A stretch of 64,000 bases of DNA from the NCBI GenBank assembly GCA_038997165.1, contig JAWBAK010000001.1, forward strand, positions 160,001 to 224,000, in the 5' to 3' direction. This document shows, piece after piece, positions 58,387 to 64,000 of this stretch (positions are counted from its first letter, which is position 1; every line of letters starts with the position of its first letter). The notes below the pieces were generated by a model. It did no database searches. It had not been told where the DNA came from and saw only the letters and a program-made list of their open reading frames with translations. The position numbers and the translations under genes are program-made. Source of the stretch: Candidatus Aenigmatarchaeota archaeon. Lineage in GTDB: Archaea > Aenigmatarchaeota > Aenigmatarchaeia > CG10238-14 > SpSt-28.

Positions 58387-59223
58387 ATGGAAACTGTTAA
58401 AAGAAGTATATTGAAAAAAATTTTATAAAAAAGGGATCCTTGATGCCATAAAGGAAATTTTAGAAAATTGGGAATAGTTTCTGGAAGTTATTATTATTAT
58501 TCTGGTTCTCCAATATTTGTTGAATTAGCCGCATTAAGAGCTGGAGTTGATTTAGTAAGAATTTTTGCTCCCGAACGTATTTCAAATGTAATTAGAAGTT
58601 ATTCATCAGATTTAATTGTTTTTCCTTATAAATCCAAATTTCTTAACATAAAAACTTTAAATTTTATTTTTGAAAATTCGAAAGATTTAGATGCCTTTGT
58701 TATTGGTAATGGACTAAGTAGAAAAATAGAAGTATTAAATGCTATAAAAGAGTTTGTTAAGAAAGTTAAAATTCCATGCGTAATAGATGCAGATGCTATA
58801 TATGCAATAAAAGGCATTAAGCTGAACAAAAATTTTATTATTACTCCTCATAGCTATGAATTCTTTGTTTTAAGCGGATATAAAGTTAAAAATAATTTAA
58901 AAGATCGAATTGAAAAAGTTAAGGAAGTGGCAAAAAAATATAATTGCATTATACTATTAAAAGGGCATATAGATGTTATTAGTAATGGGAAAAAAGTTGT
59001 AATTAATAAAACTGGTAGTGAATATATGACTAAGGGTGGTTTTGGAGATACATTGGCTGGAATTTGTAGAGCGTTGTTAGCTAGAAAAGTCGATCCTTTT
59101 ATATCAACGCAAGCAGCTTCATATATTAATGGAAAAGCCGGTGAACTTGCTGCAAAGATTTATAAAGAATCTCTAATTGCAAGCGATATTTTCGATTTCA
59201 TTCCAAAAATTCTAAAGATATAA
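58387..59223 (+). pseudogene. nnrD: NAD(P)HX dehydratase with two in-frame stops near the 5' end
   Basis: The frame from ATG 58387 reads METVKRSILKKIL*KRDP*CHKGNFRKL.. (TAA 58426, TGA 58441). Downstream IGNGL, VIDADA, ITPH and GGFGDTLAG motifs are present. Confidence 0.8.
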
Positions 59224-59230
59224 ATACTTT

Positions 59231-59971
59231 ATGAATGCTATACCCTATTCTGATTCTTTTGTACAAAATAAAAGGTTGGGTTGGAAATTGGATAAAAATT
59301 TAAGGAGTAGATGTGAAATTTATGAATATATTTACCGAAATTTATTACCTAAACTTTTTGAGGAGAGAAAAAGTTTTTCTATTGTAGTTGCTGGTCCTTC
59401 TAATGAAGAAACCAAAATTATTAAAAATCTTCTTAAAAAATATAAAAATGTCAACGTTAATATTTTTGAGCCCGACAAAAATAGGTCAGAAGAGTTAAGA
59501 GAAGTGCTAAAATATTTGGGAAAAAGGATTAATGTAATAGAAGATTACATATTTAATATAGGAAAATATCTTCCTAAAAAATCGATTGATGCTGCAATAC
59601 TTTTAAATGTTATTAATTGGGTCCCTACAAATATAAAAAAATTAGTAGAAGGTTTATATCTAACACTTTCCCCTGATGGAAAAGTTATCATTTCTTTCTA
59701 TATAACCTTATGGGATGATGGAAAAGATAAAAATTATATTATCGAAACACCAGAATTTTTTAAAACTTCTATGGAAAGAAATTCTATAAAGAGTTTAAAC
59801 GAACTTGATTTTAATAATCTTTATTACAGAGATGGAAATGGTATACTAAAGGTCTATGTATTGAGAAGAAGCAATCTAAAAGAAATATTAAAAGATGTGA
59901 AAAGGGAGTATGAAAAAGCTTGTATGATTTTAAACTTTATAGACTCGATCAAATTATTAATAAACTTATAA
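59231..59971 (+). CDS. Divergent class I SAM-methyltransferase-fold protein
   Basis: VVAGP, IFEPD, IDAAILLNVINWV and LSPDGKVII motifs. Confidence 0.6.
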   Translation: MNAIPYSDSFVQNKRLGWKLDKNLRSRCEIYEYIYRNLLPKLFEERKSFSIVVAGPSNEETKIIKNLLKKYKNVNVNIFEPDKNRSEELREVLKYLGKRINVIEDYIFNIGKYLPKKSIDAAILLNVINWVPTNIKKLVEGLYLTLSPDGKVIISFYITLWDDGKDKNYIIETPEFFKTSMERNSIKSLNELDFNNLYYRDGNGILKVYVLRRSNLKEILKDVKREYEKACMILNFIDSIKLLINL

Positions 59972-59972
59972 A

Positions 59973-60425
59973 CTAAATTAATTTTTCTAATATAGATATT
60001 AATTCTCTAATCTTACTTTTTTTAATCGCTACAGAACCTATAGATCTATACTTATTTTTACTCCTTATTAAAATATCTTTTTTTGTTTGATTTATCCTAA
60101 CAAATTCTTCTTCTCCTTCATATACAGGCTTAAATAGATCAATCCAAAGAATGTTATCTTTTCCTTGCTCAATTTTTCCTATAAATTGCGATTTTCCAAC
60201 AAAATAAAAAACTTTTGCTGGGCCTCTTTCATCAAAATCGACTCTTTTTTCTATTAATAATCTTTCTAAAATTTTTGTTACAGTATGTCTGTTAAGATTT
60301 AAAAAATTAGAAATTTCTGTTATAGTCATTCCTCTAGGATTTTTTTCTAATAATTTTAATATTTTTTTAGCATTTTCACTATCATACTCTACTTGCTTAC
60401 TTTCAATTTCTTCATTTATCTCCAT
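59973..60425 (-). CDS. Winged-helix regulator fused to a small beta-rich C-terminal domain
   Basis: PRGMTITEIS..LNLNRHTVTKIL...GPAKVFY motif; ATG at 60425. Confidence 0.85.
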   Translation of the reverse strand: MEINEEIESKQVEYDSENAKKILKLLEKNPRGMTITEISNFLNLNRHTVTKILERLLIEKRVDFDERGPAKVFYFVGKSQFIGKIEQGKDNILWIDLFKPVYEGEEEFVRINQTKKDILIRSKNKYRSIGSVAIKKSKIRELISILEKLI

Positions 60426-60503
60426 AAAAATATTAAAGTTATATACCAATATATTTATAAATTTTAATTTATACAATAAACTATAGAAAAAAATATATAT
60501 ATC

Positions 60504-60521
60504 TTAATGTATATACATTAA
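60504..60521. promoter_or_regulatory. Perfect 18-bp palindrome TTAATGTATATACATTAA, putative operator, copy 2
   Basis: Lies between a BRE/TATA-like element (about 60484-60501) and the ATG at 60523; identical to 54788-54805. Confidence 0.75.
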
Positions 60522-60522
60522 T

Positions 60523-61209
60523 ATGTCAACAATAACGTTATTACATTTTAAAACAACACGAAATATTGAAGAAATAGAAAAAGAGTTAAATAAAATATCT
60601 GAAGAAAACTATTGGATAATTGCAAGTAAAGAAAACGAAAAACTTTTAAAAATTATATTTAACTATAAAGTAAGTTTAGAAGATGAACTAAGAAAAGTTT
60701 TAAGTATTTCTGAAATAAGAAACATTTTTAATGGAATTTCCTCTCAACTATTAACAAGAAGAATTGTTGCCTATATGCATTTTGATAAAGAAATTTTAGA
60801 AGTAGAAAGAGGACCAGATTATATTTTTTCTTTTTTTATAAGTGTTTTGGAAAAAAACCTTAAAATAAAATTTATTAACCTCTATATTTCATCAAATGCA
60901 TTACTTAAAATTATTGAAAGATATTCTATTTCACTAAATCAAATCTATTTTAAATTTGTTAATGGTCTCTTATTTGAAATGTATAAAGGAAAATTTTTGC
61001 AATATTCGGATTTTATAAAGAGAAAAATTGAAGAAAATAGAAAGAATATAAGAATTATAACAATATTACCGAAAATAAAGTTTAGAGGTGCACCAAAAAG
61101 TATTACAATTAATGGAGATAAAGGAACTATTAAATTTTATTCTAAAGAGATTTTTAGAGATGAAATTAGCCAAATAATAAATATAATCTTTGAATCAACA
61201 AAATTTTGA
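60523..61209 (+). CDS. Hypothetical alpha/beta protein divergent from the wHTH regulator
   Basis: Clean 228-aa ORF; no family confidently recognised. Confidence 0.65.
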   Translation: MSTITLLHFKTTRNIEEIEKELNKISEENYWIIASKENEKLLKIIFNYKVSLEDELRKVLSISEIRNIFNGISSQLLTRRIVAYMHFDKEILEVERGPDYIFSFFISVLEKNLKIKFINLYISSNALLKIIERYSISLNQIYFKFVNGLLFEMYKGKFLQYSDFIKRKIEENRKNIRIITILPKIKFRGAPKSITINGDKGTIKFYSKEIFRDEISQIINIIFESTKF

Positions 61210-61265
61210 GAAGTACTAGAAATTTCTAAGCTATGGTAATTGTAATTTAAAATTAAAGGGAAAAT

Positions 61266-61967
61266 TCAAAAATACTTAGATAAATAAGATTTTAATAAAA
61301 TAATTTTTGTTTTTAGATCTTCTTCTTTTATTTTTTCAATATCTAAATTATAGCTTATCCAAATTAATGAATCTATATGTAATGGTGGTATCTTACATTT
61401 TTCTGATAATTTTTTCCAAAACTCCATATTTTTAGAAATCTTGCCTATTCTATAGTCTATTGGAATTTGGATATCAAAAGGAAAAATTATTTTATATCCT
61501 ATTATTCTCAATACATACCCCAAAATTTTTGCAGAAAAAACAATAGTTTTATCTGTTTGTTTTTGATTTAGTGTTTTTGAGAGATTTTCAACAAAGCGTT
61601 TCAAATTTAACAACTTTTCTATATCATTTTCGCTTTTGATCTCTTTATCTAAAAATTTTTTAACTTTTTTAAACCTTCTTAATTTAATTGAAAGAAAGAT
61701 ATTATTATAATTTTTCAAGAATTCCAAAAAATATTTGTAGTTCTTCTTAACTGAAAAAAACTCAGAAAATTTTTCCCAATATTCTTCACCTCTCATTTTT
61801 AACTTAAAAGAATTTACTGCATTAAGTATAGATAATTTTATAAACGTTTCCTTATTATTAAGATTTTTATATAGATTTTTTAGAGCTAAAAATTGTCTAT
61901 CGTAATTTTCTTCAAAATATAAGATTTCTTCAATTTTAAATTTTTTTAATATTTCTATTAATTCCAT
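61266..61967 (-). CDS. Archaeal 8-oxoguanine N-glycosylase/DNA lyase (AGOG family)
   Basis: DRQF, GEEYW, KTIVFSAK, IPIDYR and IPPLHIDSLIW motifs. Confidence 0.9.
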   Translation of the reverse strand: MELIEILKKFKIEEILYFEENYDRQFLALKNLYKNLNNKETFIKLSILNAVNSFKLKMRGEEYWEKFSEFFSVKKNYKYFLEFLKNYNNIFLSIKLRRFKKVKKFLDKEIKSENDIEKLLNLKRFVENLSKTLNQKQTDKTIVFSAKILGYVLRIIGYKIIFPFDIQIPIDYRIGKISKNMEFWKKLSEKCKIPPLHIDSLIWISYNLDIEKIKEEDLKTKIILLKSYLSKYF

Positions 61968-61992
61968 TATTTAATTCTTTTTGTAAAATATT

Positions 61993-62370
61993 ATGGAAGA
62001 AAAAATTGCTTTAAATTTACAAATTGCTAAAGAAGAAATAAACAAGTTGATTTTGTATAGAGAAAGTTTATTAAATTATTACAGAAACATAAAATCTAGT
62101 TTAGATAGTTTAGAAGCTATAAAAGAAGAAAATGTGTTCTTACCATTAGGAAATGATGTATTTGTAAAAAGTAATATAATTGATAAAAATTTGATTATAA
62201 TTGGTATTGGTTCTAATATTTACATTGAAATGGAAATAGATAAAGCAAAAGAATTATTAGAAAAAAAGATAAAAAAAATAGAAGAAGAAATAGAAGAAAT
62301 AAATATATATATTCAAAATCTTCAAAATTATATATTGAGTCTATTAGAGGGGGTTAAGAAAAAAGAATAA
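61993..62370 (+). CDS. pfdA: Prefoldin alpha subunit
   Basis: Coiled coils flanking PLG...IGIGSNIYIE. Confidence 0.88.
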   Translation: MEEKIALNLQIAKEEINKLILYRESLLNYYRNIKSSLDSLEAIKEENVFLPLGNDVFVKSNIIDKNLIIIGIGSNIYIEMEIDKAKELLEKKIKKIEEEIEEINIYIQNLQNYILSLLEGVKKKE

Positions 62371-62394
62371 ATTTTTTATTGTATTATATTTCGT

Positions 62395-63210
62395 ATGATA
62401 GCAGAGCAGAAAGTTTTAGATGCTTTAAAAACAATAGGTTTAAATCTATATGAAAGAAAGTTATATTTAGCACTTTTATTAAAAGGAAATGCAACAGCAG
62501 GAGAATTAGCAGAATTAACTCAAGTACCCAGATCAAGAACCTATGATACATTAGAGAGTTTAGCAGATAAAGGATTCGTAATTATACAACAAACAAGACC
62601 TGTAAGGTTTATAGCAATAGATCCAGAAGAAGCATTAGAAAGGTATAAAAAAAGATATGAAGAAAAAATAAGAGAAATGCAAAGAAGAATAGATGAATTA
62701 AAAAATAGTGAAATAATTAAAGAATTAAAGAAAGTATTTTCTGAAAGAATAAAAACAATTTCACCAGAAGAATTAACAGGAACTTTGAGAGGTTTAAAAT
62801 CTTTTTTTGATGAAATAGAAAATTCTTTAAAAACTGCTAAAAAATCTATAGAAATAGTTGCTGGTAGTGAAGTAATAAAAGAATTGTATGAAAGATTTGC
62901 TGATTTATTAGTTAAAGCCAAAGAAAAAAATGTTGATCTAAGATTTTTAGTTACAGATACTAAAGAATTCGAAACATTAAATGTATTAAAAGTTTTTGGA
63001 GAAGTAAAAACTATTGAAAAAGAAAAGTTGCCAATAGAGGGAAATATAATTATTGTTGATGATGAAAATGTAATAATGAGCTTAACAGATTTGAAAAACA
63101 TACCACCAAATCAAACATTAGCATTATGGACAAAAAGCGAAGTTGTTACTAAAAATTTAATTAAACCAATTATCGAAGTTGCTTGGAGAGAATATTCTAA
63201 AAGCATTTAA
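62395..63210 (+). CDS. trmB: TrmB-family transcriptional regulator
   Basis: GLNLYERKLY and VPRSRTYDTLESLADKGF motifs. Confidence 0.9.
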   Translation: MIAEQKVLDALKTIGLNLYERKLYLALLLKGNATAGELAELTQVPRSRTYDTLESLADKGFVIIQQTRPVRFIAIDPEEALERYKKRYEEKIREMQRRIDELKNSEIIKELKKVFSERIKTISPEELTGTLRGLKSFFDEIENSLKTAKKSIEIVAGSEVIKELYERFADLLVKAKEKNVDLRFLVTDTKEFETLNVLKVFGEVKTIEKEKLPIEGNIIIVDDENVIMSLTDLKNIPPNQTLALWTKSEVVTKNLIKPIIEVAWREYSKSI

Positions 63211-63216
63211 TTCTTT

Positions 63217-64000
63217 ATGTTTTCTTTTTTTAAGAAAAAAATAGAGGAATTTGTAAATAAATTTTCTAAAAAAGTTAAAGAAAAAGCTAAAAAAATAGAG
63301 GAAAAAATAAAATATATTGAAATTAAAGATGAAGATATAAAAGATTTTTTAGAAGAATTAGAAACTAATTTAATAGAAAGCGATTGTAACTATTCTGTAA
63401 CTCAAAAGATTATAAATGATATTAGAAAAAATTTAATAGGGAAAAAAATTGAAAGAAAAAATGTTAAAAAAGAAATTCTTAAACTTATTGAAAAAAGTTT
63501 AGAGGAAATTTTAAGTTACGGAGAATTAAAAGATTTTGAAAAAAGTTTAGAGGAAATTGAAAAGAAGCCTATATTAATTCTCTTTTTTGGATTTAATGGT
63601 AGTGGAAAAACAACAACAATTGCTAAGATTGCAAAAAGATTATCTAAAAAATATAAGGTTTTAATGGTGGCTGCAGATACATTTAGATCTGCAGCTATAG
63701 AGCAATTAGAAGAATGGGGCAAAAGATTAAATATAGAAGTTTTTAAAAAATCTTATGGAATAGATCCAGCAGCAGTAATTTACGAAGCAAAACAATATGC
63801 CATAAAAAATAATTTTGATATACTTCTTGCAGATACAGCAGGTAGAAGCCACACTAATAAAAATTTAATGGACGAGCTTTCAAAAATTGTAAGAGTAAAT
63901 AATCCAGATATTAAAATCTTAGTATTAGATTCATTAACAGGAAACGATATAGTAAATCAATTTGATTTTTTTAATAAAATTGCGAAAATAGATTATGTTA
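63217..64000 (+). CDS. ftsY: SRP receptor FtsY, 3'-truncated by the window edge (missing from the ORF track)
   Basis: From ATG 63217: GFNGSGKTTTIAK, ADTFRSAA, DPAAV and DTAGR motifs. Confidence 0.95.
   Translation, partial: MFSFFKKKIEEFVNKFSKKVKEKAKKIEEKIKYIEIKDEDIKDFLEELETNLIESDCNYSVTQKIINDIRKNLIGKKIERKNVKKEILKLIEKSLEEILSYGELKDFEKSLEEIEKKPILILFFGFNGSGKTTTIAKIAKRLSKKYKVLMVAADTFRSAAIEQLEEWGKRLNIEVFKKSYGIDPAAVIYEAKQYAIKNNFDILLADTAGRSHTNKNLMDELSKIVRVNNPDIKILVLDSLTGNDIVNQFDFFNKIAKIDYV

Noticed and set aside
58387..58470. Stop-codon reassignment (TGA as Trp or Sec)
   Set aside because: A TAA is also in frame, and many intact genes here terminate at TGA (for example nurA, rpl11 and rnp3).

Overview
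This is gene-dense, very AT-rich archaeal chromosomal DNA, best matching a reduced DPANN-type genome (Aenigmarchaeota-like; the lineage is inference). Ribosomal operons are fragmented, intergenic gaps are tiny, and genes look leaderless with no Shine-Dalgarno sites. Most of the window is housekeeping: PCNA, PolB, RFC-L, Topo VI, NurA-HerA, TFB, TFS, Spt5, many r-proteins including an eS26-like gene, MetRS, ProRS, tRNA-Pro(UGG), RNase P proteins, FtsZ, SecE, FtsY, GAPDH/PGK and a type IV pilus locus. I found no CRISPR array, rRNA or transposase. Five observations stand out. (1) An identical perfect 18-bp palindrome, TTAATGTATATACATTAA, occurs at two promoters 5.7 kb apart, linking a wHTH regulator/unknown gene pair to an unannotated 16-codon micro-ORF. 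(2) There is an apparent operon of two degenerate GT-B paralogs, a wHTH, a stand-alone PqqD/RRE-like protein and MinD. (3) A secreted DUF2341 protein carries a 100% identical 297-bp internal cassette fronting two unrelated variable domains. (4) A gene is split by a -1 frameshift at a G7 run inside a GC-rich hairpin. (5) There is a C39-like peptidase inserted in the rps13-rps4-rps11 cluster, an nnrD pseudogene and an apparently inactivated radical SAM protein. All calls come from motif recognition; no searches were run.
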